NCBI GenBank assembly: GCA_963662665.2
Contig: CAXXJS010000020.1
Coordinates: 64,001 to 128,000 of the forward strand
DNA from: Candidatus Latescibacterota bacterium
GTDB lineage: Bacteria; Latescibacterota; UBA2968; GCA-2709665
Direction: 5' to 3'
Length of the DNA stretch: 64,000 nt
Shown here: positions 48,953 to 59,175 of the stretch, in pieces
Position numbering within the stretch: the stretch's first letter is position 1
Layout: every line of letters begins with the position of its first letter
Position numbers and translations under genes: made by a program
The notes under the pieces: model-generated
What the model was told of the DNA's origin: nothing
Database searches by the model: none
What the model saw: the letters and a program-made list of their open reading frames with translations, nothing else

Positions 48953-50680
48953 ATGAACCTCAGCTACTTCACGCTGCGGCGCCTGAGCCTCGAACTGAAC
49001 GAGACGCTGACCGGAAAACGCATCCGTCGCGCCGTCATTTCAGGAACGCACGAGCTTGTTCTCGAAACAAACGACGGCATACTCCTGTTCCTCTCGGCAT
49101 CTCCTGCCACGGGCCGCCTGCAGTTTGTGCGCCGGCTTCCGACGGCCGCACAGCCCCTGCCGCCGTGGGTCGAACACCACCTCTTGAACAGCGTAATCCG
49201 CGAGGTCTCTCAAATCCCGTTGGAGCGCATCCTTTCATTCACCACGCGTAAACGGGATCGACTGGGTGGAGAACGCCGATATCGGCTGTTCGTTGAGCTG
49301 ATCAACCGGCGAAATGACGTCATCCTGACGTCTGAACCGGATCAGCGCATATTGGGGTCGCTGCGCTGGATGGACGGAAAAGTTAACCGCCAGCGGCGAA
49401 TCCTGCCAGGACAACCCTATCGGCCTCCGCCCGCACAGGATAGAATTTCGCCCTCTGATCTCACCCCCGCCGACCTCGCCAGCGCGTTCGCGCAACAGAC
49501 AGACCAGCCCGTCCGAACGCTTGCAAATGCCGTTGCCGGACTGGATATCCTAACAGCCGCATCGTTGATCGCCGAAGCCGGCATCAATCGGAACGCGGAA
49601 CCGGCGTCCGAGGCGTGTGAGTTTCTGGCCAGCCGGATCCATTCTGTGTTTGCCCGACCTCCTTTTCTGGAAAAACCTGAAATACTCAGTATACCGGACA
49701 GTCCGCCTTCCATCCGCGTTCTGAAACTGAAGCAAGGACCGGGCGAGGTGAAGCACGTCTGCACATCGGTCAGCGAAGCGATAGAACGGCTCGTCGAGTC
49801 GGAAGAAGACCGGCAGCACGTCAACGCAGACCGGCGCGCCATCGTCGCGGAACTGAACCGGCGCCTCACGTCACTCAAGAATAAGATTGGGCGAATTCAG
49901 GCCGATCTTGACGATACGGAGAACGCCGAACTGTACAGGAAATACGGGCATATTCTTATGGCAGGTCTGCACCGGATCCGCCTCGGAGACGCGTCCGTTA
50001 CGCTTCCCGATGTGTACGATCCGGCGGGGTCGCCTGCGACCATTCCGCTTAAAACCAACAAACTGCCCCATGAAAACGCCGCGGCGTACCTGAAACGAAG
50101 CCGGAAGGCGGAAAAGGCGCGACCCATCCTCACTCGACGTCTGAAAACCACGCGAGCGGAACTCGCAACGGTCGAAGGCTTCCTGGAGCTTCTCGATAAT
50201 ATCACCAGCCAGGAAGAGTTGACAGTGCTTCGGAACAAATTGACAGAAACCGGATGGTTGAAGAGTCGAAGACGGAAACCGGCTTCCGGCAGAAACGTCC
50301 CGTCCGAATCTTATCCCAGGCGTTACCGGACCTCGGACGGGTGGACCGTTCTGGTGGGACGCAACAACGTCGAGAACGACAGCCTCACGAAAGCATCGGC
50401 CAAAGACGACCTCTTCTTTCATGCACAGGGATGCCCGGGTTCGCACGTCATCCTGAAGCGTGAAGGCAAACACCAGGGCCCCTCAAACATCGCTCTGATG
50501 GAAGCCGCGAGCCTGGCCGCGTACTGGAGCAAAGCCCGGCATTCGAAAACCGTTCCCGTAAATTACACCGAGGTCCGGTACGTGCAAAAACCCCGAGGCG
50601 GCGCCCCGGGGCTCGTCACAATAAGGAATGAGATCACCCTTTTCGCCGCCCCTCGCCAGCTCAAGAGAACCGAATCGTAG
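48953..50680 (+). CDS. rqcH: NFACT family ribosome quality-control protein RqcH/FbpA
   Basis: Q..LERI, L..EL....N.IL, R.I.PG..Y..PP, coiled coil, ENA..Y.K...K, VGRN..END, FHA...PGSHV, AA.LAAY.SK, V.YT..RYV.KP.G..PG.V. Confidence 0.9.
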   Translation: MNLSYFTLRRLSLELNETLTGKRIRRAVISGTHELVLETNDGILLFLSASPATGRLQFVRRLPTAAQPLPPWVEHHLLNSVIREVSQIPLERILSFTTRKRDRLGGERRYRLFVELINRRNDVILTSEPDQRILGSLRWMDGKVNRQRRILPGQPYRPPPAQDRISPSDLTPADLASAFAQQTDQPVRTLANAVAGLDILTAASLIAEAGINRNAEPASEACEFLASRIHSVFARPPFLEKPEILSIPDSPPSIRVLKLKQGPGEVKHVCTSVSEAIERLVESEEDRQHVNADRRAIVAELNRRLTSLKNKIGRIQADLDDTENAELYRKYGHILMAGLHRIRLGDASVTLPDVYDPAGSPATIPLKTNKLPHENAAAYLKRSRKAEKARPILTRRLKTTRAELATVEGFLELLDNITSQEELTVLRNKLTETGWLKSRRRKPASGRNVPSESYPRRYRTSDGWTVLVGRNNVENDSLTKASAKDDLFFHAQGCPGSHVILKREGKHQGPSNIALMEAASLAAYWSKARHSKTVPVNYTEVRYVQKPRGGAPGLVTIRNEITLFAAPRQLKRTES

Positions 50681-50714
50681 CGCGGCGCGAGGGCAAGCCA
50701 CCCAGCCAGGCCCC

Positions 50715-51479
50715 CTACCAGATTTTCGTATAATACACCAACCGGACCTGTCGATCGATGCGCTGCGACCGCTTGCCGTCGCGAAACAGGTTCTTTACGT
50801 CCACTTCGAGATTCAGTCGATCGGAAGGCATCCAGCGACCGCCCAGATTCAGCCTCCCTCTGCCCGAACCCAGCGAATTGTCTTCGTTGTCGTTGATCGC
50901 GAAGTCGTATTCCACCAATAGCGCAAAGGCACGCTTGAGTTCGACGTCGGCGCCCAGAAACCCCGAAAAATCCCCGTCCCCGTCACCATCCTCCAGGCTG
51001 CGATTCAATCCGGCGTGGACCCCCATATCTCCAAGCGGAAACCCGTAGTTCTTGCTCGCCACCCCATAGAAACCCTTGGATTTGACCGCATATCGCTTCA
51101 GTCCCTCGTCGTATTCGCCGTATCCCTGGGAATGATAGCCCACGGCAACCGCCGGAATCTTCAACTCCTCCTCGATCACCCGGACGCGGCCAGCCACCTC
51201 CACCCGTGGATTCCACGCGGCCTCGCGGCTGCCCACAATGTGCTGCCCTCCAAATGAGACCCCAAGGCTGATGCGATTGTGGACGCCGACTTCGATCTGG
51301 GAGAGAATGCCGCTATCGCCATACAGTCGCAGGTCCGCGGCCAGGCGGCCAGGCGGCAGCATGCCGGCGGTCGGCCCGTCCACCAGCCATCGTGGCACAT
51401 TCCCCTGGGCAAAGGCCGAGTGGCAAATCCCCCACCAGACAGAGAACAACAACAATATCCACCTCGCGTACCGTATCAT
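50715..51479 (-). CDS. putative outer-membrane beta-barrel (YjbH-like)
   Basis: Signal peptide ending AFA, LVD.PTAG.L, alternating beta strands, C-terminal aromatic residue; ATGA overlap with tsaE. Confidence 0.65.
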   Translation of the reverse strand: MIRYARWILLLFSVWWGICHSAFAQGNVPRWLVDGPTAGMLPPGRLAADLRLYGDSGILSQIEVGVHNRISLGVSFGGQHIVGSREAAWNPRVEVAGRVRVIEEELKIPAVAVGYHSQGYGEYDEGLKRYAVKSKGFYGVASKNYGFPLGDMGVHAGLNRSLEDGDGDGDFSGFLGADVELKRAFALLVEYDFAINDNEDNSLGSGRGRLNLGGRWMPSDRLNLEVDVKNLFRDGKRSQRIDRQVRLVYYTKIW

Positions 51480-51931
51480 GTGCCTTCTCCATGGTCAAGT
51501 ATGAATCTGCGTGTACCGGATTCCGGAATTTCAATCCGGATACGCAACGTCTTCGCCGGAAGCAGCGATCCGGCGCGTTCCGCCCATTCGATCAGACAGA
51601 TGCCGTTGCCTGCAAGGTAATCATCCCATCCCAGGTCGACAAGGGCCTCGATATCAGGGAGCCTGTACAGATCGAAGTGGTAGACCGGCACCGGACGCGA
51701 CGCGACGTCCCTGCCCAGGTATTCATTCACGAGGATGAACGTGGGACTGGTCACCCGGTCCGTTACGTTCAGTCCGTCACAGATGCCCTGCGCAAGGCAG
51801 GTCTTGCCGCTGCCGAGTTCCCCGATCAGTCCGACACAGTCACCCGGCCGTAAACGAATGGACAATTTTCTGCCGAACGCTCGCGTCTGTTCCGGCGAAG
51901 CGGTATTGAATTCGGCCGTTGGTTTCCGCAT
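51476..51931 (-). CDS. tsaE: tRNA threonylcarbamoyladenosine biosynthesis ATPase
   Basis: GELGSGKT, V.SPTF.LVNEY, YHFDLYRL, LIEW.E. Confidence 0.95.
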   Translation of the reverse strand: MRKPTAEFNTASPEQTRAFGRKLSIRLRPGDCVGLIGELGSGKTCLAQGICDGLNVTDRVTSPTFILVNEYLGRDVASRPVPVYHFDLYRLPDIEALVDLGWDDYLAGNGICLIEWAERAGSLLPAKTLRIRIEIPESGTRRFILDHGEGT

Positions 51932-51993
51932 CGGGATCGTTTGGTAGTTTGGTTTTCGACGTCGCGAACAGGCACCGGGAGACGCGCCTCCGG

Positions 51994-53550
51994 TTATTTG
52001 CCTTTCAGAACCGCAACCGGCAGGATCATCTCCTCAAGTGAAATACCGCCGTGCTGAAAACTATTCGCGTAATACCTCTGGTACTCGTTGAATTTCGTGG
52101 GATAGACGAAATAATAGTCCTCCCGCGAAATGATGTACGTGGTGCCCATCCCCAGATCGGGCAGGCGATAGACATCCGGATCGGCAACATAGAGAGCGTG
52201 CCGCGGGTCGCACCGAAGGTGTTTGCCGTATTTGTAACGTAGGTTGGTCGACGTATCCCGGTTTCCATGGGCAACGGTCGCGCGGGTACTCATTACACAG
52301 CCGTGGTCCGTTGTCAATACCACCGTGGTATCGGTTTCCGCGAGCTTACGCAACATTTCAAACAATGATGAATGAGAAAACCATGATCGGCTGAGCGACC
52401 GGTAAGCGGACTCGTTGGGCGCCATCTCCTTGAGAATATCCGATTCCGAACGTCCGTGCGCCAGAATATCAAGGAAATTGACCACGACCGACATCAGCGG
52501 GAACGACCGGTATGAATGCACCTTTTTCACCAGATGGTTGCCCTCGGCGATGTCCAATACCTTAACGTATCGCGTATCCAGCTTCAACGTGGGATCCAGT
52601 TCTTGTATCTGACGATCCAGGAGTTGATGTTCGTGCCGGTTTCGGCTGTTGTCGTCGTCCCAACCCGAACGCCACTCCTGCGGATACAACTCGGCGACGT
52701 CGCTGGGGAAGAGACCGCTGAAAATGGCGTTTCTGGAATAGGGTGTGGCGGTGGGGAGAACGGAATAGTGGTAGTGTTGCTCTATATTGAACATTTCGGA
52801 CAAAAGCGGTGCGATCGCCAGCCAGTGATCCAGGCGCATACAGTCCACAACCACGAAGAACACCTGCTGCCTGTCCTGAAGCGCGGGCAGCACATATTCA
52901 CTCACGACGTCGACCGACAATACCGGCGAATCCATATCGTCCCGAAGCCAGTGGGCGTAGTGGGTTTCCACGAAGCGTCCGAACGCCCGATTGCACGCCC
53001 GCCTCAAGTCCTCGTGCATCTTTCGCAGGCCGGCATCGTAGAACCGGTCCAATTCCAGATCCCATTCGGAAAGCTTCACATGGATATCGATCCAATCCTG
53101 CCAGGTCACGTCGCCTGCCATAGACGCACGAATACGGTTGGACACGGCGGCATAATCCAGTCCCATTCGCCCCGTCACTATCTGACGTGCATCGAGCAAT
53201 TTCTTGCATGCCGATAGTATCTGGCTGGGATTCACCGGCTTCGTCAGATAGTCGTCGATCCGATGGCCCAGCGCTTCCTCCATCAGACGCTCCTCTTCGT
53301 TCTTCGTAATCATGATTACCGGAATATCGGGGTTGATTTCCTTGATCATTGCAAGCGTGGAAAGCCCGCCTCGACCGGCCATCATTTCATCCAGAAGGAC
53401 GATATCGAACCCGCGCTGCTTCACCATCGCGATGGCGTCATCCCCGTTCGTCACTGGCGTAACCTTGTAGCCGCGAGATCCAAGAAACATCGTATGCGGC
53501 CTTAAGAGGTCAATTTCGTCGTCGGCCCACAGAACCTGCTTTTCTTTCAT
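51994..53550 (-). CDS. porX: PorX-type response regulator (receiver + PglZ/alkaline-phosphatase domain)
   Basis: LWADDEIDLLRPH..FL, LDEMM, ITKNEEE, DYL.KPVNP.QIL, VVDCMRLD, LPTAT.YSRNAIFSG, D.L.H, TDHG, FQHGGISLEEM. Confidence 0.9.
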   Translation of the reverse strand: MKEKQVLWADDEIDLLRPHTMFLGSRGYKVTPVTNGDDAIAMVKQRGFDIVLLDEMMAGRGGLSTLAMIKEINPDIPVIMITKNEEERLMEEALGHRIDDYLTKPVNPSQILSACKKLLDARQIVTGRMGLDYAAVSNRIRASMAGDVTWQDWIDIHVKLSEWDLELDRFYDAGLRKMHEDLRRACNRAFGRFVETHYAHWLRDDMDSPVLSVDVVSEYVLPALQDRQQVFFVVVDCMRLDHWLAIAPLLSEMFNIEQHYHYSVLPTATPYSRNAIFSGLFPSDVAELYPQEWRSGWDDDNSRNRHEHQLLDRQIQELDPTLKLDTRYVKVLDIAEGNHLVKKVHSYRSFPLMSVVVNFLDILAHGRSESDILKEMAPNESAYRSLSRSWFSHSSLFEMLRKLAETDTTVVLTTDHGCVMSTRATVAHGNRDTSTNLRYKYGKHLRCDPRHALYVADPDVYRLPDLGMGTTYIISREDYYFVYPTKFNEYQRYYANSFQHGGISLEEMILPVAVLKGK

Positions 53551-53570
53551 GGCGTTCTTGCTCCCCGCCG

Positions 53571-54911
53571 TTAAGAAGCCTCCCGCGCTTCCACTGGCCT
53601 CAGGGGTAGTGAAATCAGGAACGTTGTTCCAATCTCGGGTAAACTTTCCTGAACGGAAATCCTGCCCCGGTGATAGTCTTCGATGATGCGTTTGACAAAT
53701 GCCAGCCCCAACCCCCATCCCCGTTCTTTTGTGCTGTAGCCGGGTAGAAATACCTGCTTCAGCAGATGGGGCTGGATACCTTTGCCATTGTCCCGCACGC
53801 GCACGTCCACCCATTCGCCTTCGGACCTCACCTCCGCTGAAATCTCTATCTTGCCTCCTTTGCCTTCCATTGCGTCCGCGGCATTCTTGAACAGATTTTC
53901 GAAAGCCCAGCCCAACAGCTGCCGATTCAGCGGGACCGGTGGAAGTTCGTAGTTTCGCTGCACAATCTTGACCTCACGGGAGAGTCGCCCGCGCAGATAG
54001 GACGCTGTCTCCTCGATCACACGACGCAGATTCTCCAGTCGGAGTTCGGGTGTGGAGCCGATGAGACTGAAACGGGATACGATCTTGTTCAGCCGGCTTG
54101 TATCCTCCTCCATGGCGACCACGATCTGATCGAATCGCCTGCGGGTCTGTTCATCAACCGGGCCGGAAGAATGCTCGAGTTCCGTCTTTATCAGTTCAAT
54201 CCAACCGTAGAGCGAGGAAAGAGGCGTGCCGAGTTGGTGAGCGGTCTCACGTGCCATCCCTACCCAGATCGACCTCTGTTCGCTGTTTTTGATATTGCGA
54301 AATCCGAGATATCCTACTCCGATAAATAGCGCCGTAACACAAAGCGCGACCCACGGCAGCCATGCCAGCCGTCGTACCAGCGGTGAATCGCCATAGTGCA
54401 GTACGCGGGGGCCGATCTGAGGAATTTCAAACGAATACGGCGGATTCTCGGTATCCAGCCGTCGAACGATCCGCTGCATCCGCCTCCGGTCGTCCGGACT
54501 GAGGTCTCCCGGGTTGCCCAGCGGAATTTCTATGGCCTTCCACATATGGGGCTCGCCCATGGAGTCGGTAATGACCACGGGGAAATTGGTATTGGAAATG
54601 GTCTGGAAGATAAATGCAACATCGAGTTCGCTGACGACCACCGTATCCTGGGTGGCCATACCGTAGAAGAAGGCCAGCCGTTTGATAATGTCGCGTGAGT
54701 CCCGACGCATCGGTTCGACAACGAAGATTTGCATATACAAGAGGAACGCCAGGATAATCACGGTTGCGCCCAGAAACAGATATGCGCCGAGACTGTGGGA
54801 GTTCTGGAGCCCCACCTTCAGACGCCCCCCCCGCACTACGGAAGCGCCCATTGTGCCGGCGTTCCCGGATCCACCCGTTCGACCTGTGACATCCCTTGTT
54901 CGTGCGTCCAT
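53571..54911 (-). CDS. PorY-like sensor histidine kinase
   Basis: Two TM segments, WVGMARETAHQLGTPLSSL, ENL.KNA.DAM, DNGKG, F.PG.STK.RGWGLGL; start uncertain. Confidence 0.88.
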   Translation of the reverse strand: MDARTRDVTGRTGGSGNAGTMGASVVRGGRLKVGLQNSHSLGAYLFLGATVIILAFLLYMQIFVVEPMRRDSRDIIKRLAFFYGMATQDTVVVSELDVAFIFQTISNTNFPVVITDSMGEPHMWKAIEIPLGNPGDLSPDDRRRMQRIVRRLDTENPPYSFEIPQIGPRVLHYGDSPLVRRLAWLPWVALCVTALFIGVGYLGFRNIKNSEQRSIWVGMARETAHQLGTPLSSLYGWIELIKTELEHSSGPVDEQTRRRFDQIVVAMEEDTSRLNKIVSRFSLIGSTPELRLENLRRVIEETASYLRGRLSREVKIVQRNYELPPVPLNRQLLGWAFENLFKNAADAMEGKGGKIEISAEVRSEGEWVDVRVRDNGKGIQPHLLKQVFLPGYSTKERGWGLGLAFVKRIIEDYHRGRISVQESLPEIGTTFLISLPLRPVEAREAS

Positions 54912-55203
54912 CGTCGCGTCTCCCGTCTTCTACCTCAACGTCCTGGGTCTCCGTAGGTTCCGTGCCATCCGCTCAACGTCAGCGTTCGAGTACGCTCGGC
55001 CCCGTCGTTCGGCTCCAGCTTGCATGATCACGTATCATGACCCGCCGGCCTCGCCTTTCCGATCCGGGCCTGCGTCGCAATACGGGCAACGAGGTGTTCA
55101 CACGTGAGTTTTCCGGCGGCCGGAATACCCGGCCCGGACTGTACGTCGACGCACAGCAAGTATACAAACTTTCCAAGCACCCAGTCAACCAAAGAAAAAC
55201 CGT

Positions 55204-55232
55204 TTGCAAAAATTCTTTCATTTTTATATATT
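55204..55232 (+). promoter_or_regulatory. sigma70-type promoter for rpsU
   Basis: TTGCAA, 17 bp, TATATT in an AT-rich patch. Confidence 0.6.
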
Positions 55233-55360
55233 TAGAACCATCAATTTCCGGGGAGACGAGGCATACTTACAAGAAACCGGAACGGCGTTCGGACGTCAAC
55301 TTCCATGGTTCTTGAGCATGGCCTGTTTAACCTGGAAACGGAAAGGAGGGAGTCCCGCTT

Positions 55361-55558
55361 ATGGCCAGGGTTGTGGTGAGAGATGACGAGCCATTTGAAA
55401 AAGCGCTGAAAAGGTTCAAGAAAACCTGCGAAAAAGCAGGAATAATGACCGAGATGAAAAAGCATCAGCATTTCGAGAAACCCAGCGAGCGCCGTAAACG
55501 AAAAATCGCCGCGGCAAAACGCAAACGCCTGAAGTTTGAAACGCGATTCAACCAATAA
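55361..55558 (+). CDS. rpsU: 30S ribosomal protein S21
   Basis: E.FEKALKRFKK.CEKAGI..E......FEKPS..RK; AAAGGAGG RBS. Confidence 0.97.
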   Translation: MARVVVRDDEPFEKALKRFKKTCEKAGIMTEMKKHQHFEKPSERRKRKIAAAKRKRLKFETRFNQ

Positions 55559-55583
55559 GACAAAATCGTGAGTAATGGCAACG

Positions 55584-55625
55584 ACAACCGCACCGATTCG
55601 CTTTCGGATGCGGTTGTATTTTTTG
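55584..55625 (+). terminator. intrinsic terminator after rpsU
   Basis: ACAACCGCA-CCGA...TCGG-ATGCGGTTGT followed by a T-run. Confidence 0.75.
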
Positions 55626-55766
55626 GGCTTCGTTGTTTAGGCGGACCGCCGGAATCAATAAAGTTGCGGTACCGCCCGTGTTTCCATCTGGTGTTGTGAT
55701 CCGGACATAGATTGCCGAATCGCGAAATATTCCCGGGACGGGACACGCGGCCAGAGGGAGGACCGA

Positions 55767-56438
55767 ATGAACATCGTCGATCTGATCCTGGTGATCGGGC
55801 TCTGCTGGATGGCCTTCAGAGGGTGCCGCATCGGACTGATCCGGGGCCTGGTCGGTCTGGTCAGTCTTGTTGTGGCTTATGGACTCGGCCTCGCGTACGG
55901 CGGCGTGGTCTCGGAGTGGATTTCGGGCGGGGACGCCGGCCACGGCCCTGCGTTGCTTGGATTTGTCTGCGTATTCTTCTCGACGATAGTTGGGTGTTAT
56001 ATTCTTGGCCGCATGCTTCAGGCGGTCCTCAAGGCCACTCCCTTCGGTGTTGTGGACACGCTGTCGGGCGGCGTATTCGGCCTCGCGCAGGGAGTACTCC
56101 TTCTGGGATTGCTTATCCTGTTGCTGCGGACGTATTCCCCTCATCCCGGGATTAAGGCGTACATAGACGACGCCCGGCTGACGCGTCACGTTCAGCAGGC
56201 CTGCCTGGTCTTGATGGGTGCCGTGAAGTCCGCCATTCCGCGAGGATCTGAACTCTACAAACACCTCGTGCCGGAGCAGCAGAAGCCATCGATCCATGCC
56301 ATCGTGGAAAGTATGACCAAGGGTACCGGAAAGGCACGTGCCAGGCTGAATGGACTCATCGAGGAATCTCAGGAGAAAGAAAAACAAACGTCAGGGGATC
56401 CCCAACCGTCCTCATCTACGGACAAACAGAAACAATAG
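55767..56438 (+). CDS. CvpA family membrane protein
   Basis: MN.VD.I........G...G.I, D...G..FG...G; four TM segments; upstream of mutS2. Confidence 0.88.
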   Translation: MNIVDLILVIGLCWMAFRGCRIGLIRGLVGLVSLVVAYGLGLAYGGVVSEWISGGDAGHGPALLGFVCVFFSTIVGCYILGRMLQAVLKATPFGVVDTLSGGVFGLAQGVLLLGLLILLLRTYSPHPGIKAYIDDARLTRHVQQACLVLMGAVKSAIPRGSELYKHLVPEQQKPSIHAIVESMTKGTGKARARLNGLIEESQEKEKQTSGDPQPSSSTDKQKQ

Positions 56439-56508
56439 GACACGGCGCTGACGCCGGGTTCATTCTTCGCGGGAAATTTCTCATGCTTTCCTGCCGATAC
56501 ACGACCTT

Positions 56509-58881
56509 ATGACCCTACCGTCCAAAACCCTCCAGACGCTCGAATTCAATAAGATTCTCAACTTCATCGCGAAACGCGCCGTTTCCATGCCAGGACGGGA
56601 CGAAGTCGAAAGTCTTGCCCCGTCGGAGGATCCCGTTCGGATTGAAGCCCGACTCCGCCCTGTACTCGAAGCCATGGATGTGATCGGGTACGACGACCCC
56701 CTGCCGATCGGACGCATGCCCGATGTTCGCGCGTCGATTCGGACCGCCGCCGCACCGGGTACGACGCTTACCATCGGCGAACTGATCCAAATTGACGAAA
56801 TTGCCCGGATGTCACGCCGCTTGCTGGAATACTTCCTCAAAAGGAAACCGAAATATCCCCGTCTCCAATCGCTCGTATCCGGGTTGTCCGTGCATCCCGA
56901 TCTGGAAGCGCATATTCAGCGATCCATCGATCCATCGACGGAGACCGTCAAAGATACCGCCAGCACCGAATTGAAACGGGTCCGGCGCAACCTGGAACAA
57001 ACCCGATCGGGCATCCGCAGTTCCGTTGAGGGTATCCTGAACAGGCTCCCCGATACAGTCGTACAGGAGCGGCTGATCACCATCCGGAACGGCCGCTTCG
57101 TTATACCGGTACGGGAAAATCAGAAACACCGGCTGGAAGGGCTGGTGCATGATCAATCGGCCAGCGGCGCCACACTCTTTGTTGAACCCATGGCGACACT
57201 GGCGCTCAACAACCGGCTTCGACAACTCGAACTGGCCGAGCAAAAGGAGGTAAGACGCATCCTTCGTGAACTTACCGGAAACGTTGCGGAAAACAGCGAC
57301 AGCCTGCAGGAAAACCAAAATATTCTGGGGAAGTTCGATGCGTTGTACGCGATGGCCGGCTTTTCCCGCGAACTGGAGTGCAGCGAGCCAATTTTCAACC
57401 TGGACGGACGCCTCGAACTCCACGACGCCCGGCATCCCCTTCTCGTCAGCCGCCTTCGCGGTGAGAACAGGCCTGATTCCATTGTCCCGCTTAAACTTAC
57501 AATGGGAATCGATGACGTTCGCACCCTCGTCCTGACCGGCCCGAACGCCGGTGGCAAAACGGTAGCCCTCAAAACCGTCGGCGTGCTTGCACTGATGGCT
57601 CAGGCAGGCTTGCCCGTACCAGCCGCGGAACACTCGCAATTTCCCATCTTCACCGGTGTTTTTGCGGATATCGGCGATGCACAGTCCATCGAGAACGACC
57701 TCAGCACGTTTTCATCCCACGTGTCGAATCTGGTTGAGGTCACCAACCATGCCGAGGCCCGGTCGCTCGTTCTTCTCGACGAAATTGGCGCCAGCACCGA
57801 CCCCGACCAGGGCGCGGCCCTGGCGATGGCGCTACTGAACAGGCTTACGGAACGGAGCTGCCTGACCGTCGCCACCACCCATCACGGCGCACTCAAAGCC
57901 TTTGCTCACCGTACCGAGGGTATGGTCAACGGCTCCATGGCCTTCGACGCGGCCACGCTGACCCCCACTTTCCGACTTCGTCTCAACACGCCCGGCAGCA
58001 GTTATGCCTTCGAGATCGCCCGCCGGCTCAATATGCCATCCAGCATCGTTGACGAAGCCGAGCGCATCGCGGGCAGCGATATCGGCCGTCTGGAAACCCT
58101 CATCGCGGATCTTGACGAAACCTGCCAACACTATAACGAAGAGCTGGAACGAGCCCGTACCATCCGGCGTGAAATGGAAGGCGTGAAAACGGAGTACAAT
58201 AATCGCCTTAAGGAAGTGGAACAGCGGGAGAGGGCGCTCAAACGCAGCGCCGAAGAAGAGGCCCGACGCATTCTGGACGGAGCCAATGCCCTCATCGAAC
58301 GCACCGTTTCCGATCTCAGACAGCGCAACGCAGACAGGAATGCTATCAAGAAAGCCCGGGCCGAGATCCGGCAGGCGCGGCAGGAACTTTCGGACTCGGG
58401 CGCAGGATTTGATGCGCCACCGCCCGCACTCGAACCCGGTTGCCGGGTGCGGGTGCGGAGCCTGGGAAAAGAGGGTACCGTGGCAGCCGGCCGGATCGAG
58501 GGTTCCCGCGTGTCGGTTGAAGTCGGCAACGTACGCCTGCAGGTGCGGCGGTCCGACCTCGAACTGTTGGAATCCGCCGAAGAGACGTCTTCAGAGGCCG
58601 CCAGAATCGGGTTTGCGAGGCGCGATTCCGTTGCAGCCGAGGTGGATTTGCGAGGAATGACCGTCGATGAGGCCGTGGATACAGTCGACAGATACATCGA
58701 CGAACTCTACCTGGCCGGAATGCAGCACGCGGCGGTGATCCATGGAAAGGGCACGGGCGCGCTTCGGAGGGCCATTGGCGACCACCTCCAGAGCCACGAA
58801 TTCATCAGATCACAGCGCCTGGGACGGCACAACGAGGGCGGCACTGGTGTCACGGTCATCACGCTGTCGCTGGATCCCTGA
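56509..58881 (+). CDS. mutS2: MutS2 (ribosome collision sensor RqcU / Smr endonuclease)
   Basis: LEF.KI, HDQS.SG.T.F.EP, TGPNAGGKT, DIGD.QSIE..LSTFS.H, DE.G..TDP, KOW region, Smr IHGKGTG.LR. Confidence 0.95.
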   Translation: MTLPSKTLQTLEFNKILNFIAKRAVSMPGRDEVESLAPSEDPVRIEARLRPVLEAMDVIGYDDPLPIGRMPDVRASIRTAAAPGTTLTIGELIQIDEIARMSRRLLEYFLKRKPKYPRLQSLVSGLSVHPDLEAHIQRSIDPSTETVKDTASTELKRVRRNLEQTRSGIRSSVEGILNRLPDTVVQERLITIRNGRFVIPVRENQKHRLEGLVHDQSASGATLFVEPMATLALNNRLRQLELAEQKEVRRILRELTGNVAENSDSLQENQNILGKFDALYAMAGFSRELECSEPIFNLDGRLELHDARHPLLVSRLRGENRPDSIVPLKLTMGIDDVRTLVLTGPNAGGKTVALKTVGVLALMAQAGLPVPAAEHSQFPIFTGVFADIGDAQSIENDLSTFSSHVSNLVEVTNHAEARSLVLLDEIGASTDPDQGAALAMALLNRLTERSCLTVATTHHGALKAFAHRTEGMVNGSMAFDAATLTPTFRLRLNTPGSSYAFEIARRLNMPSSIVDEAERIAGSDIGRLETLIADLDETCQHYNEELERARTIRREMEGVKTEYNNRLKEVEQRERALKRSAEEEARRILDGANALIERTVSDLRQRNADRNAIKKARAEIRQARQELSDSGAGFDAPPPALEPGCRVRVRSLGKEGTVAAGRIEGSRVSVEVGNVRLQVRRSDLELLESAEETSSEAARIGFARRDSVAAEVDLRGMTVDEAVDTVDRYIDELYLAGMQHAAVIHGKGTGALRRAIGDHLQSHEFIRSQRLGRHNEGGTGVTVITLSLDP

Positions 58882-59090
58882 TGACCGGCAATGATTCTCG
58901 TTGGAAACCACGTACAGCCGACTCCCGCTCTCACCGCGGGGCTCGGGCAACAGGTACCCCTCCCCATTTGTTCACAGCAGACGTTCGCCTGATTCGCTGA
59001 ACGCTTGTCACTTCCCCACGCACGTTTCTTCCCCCAACCAACGGGATTCCCCCGGCGTTCAGCGGTATACGATTACCGCAATGGCACCAA

Positions 59091-59119
59091 TTGACACGTC
59101 ATCGGGTTTCCTCTATATT
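59091..59119 (+). promoter_or_regulatory. sigma70-type promoter for ispG
   Basis: TTGACA, 17 bp, TATATT. Confidence 0.7.
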
Positions 59120-59175
59120 AGGACCGAGCCGGATTCAGAAACCCCTCCCGTCCGCCTTTAACAAACGCCTGCCCA

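Noticed and set aside
51994-53550. PglZ domain as a BREX defence system
   Set aside because: It is fused to a receiver domain in PorX architecture; no brxC, pglX or brxL genes.
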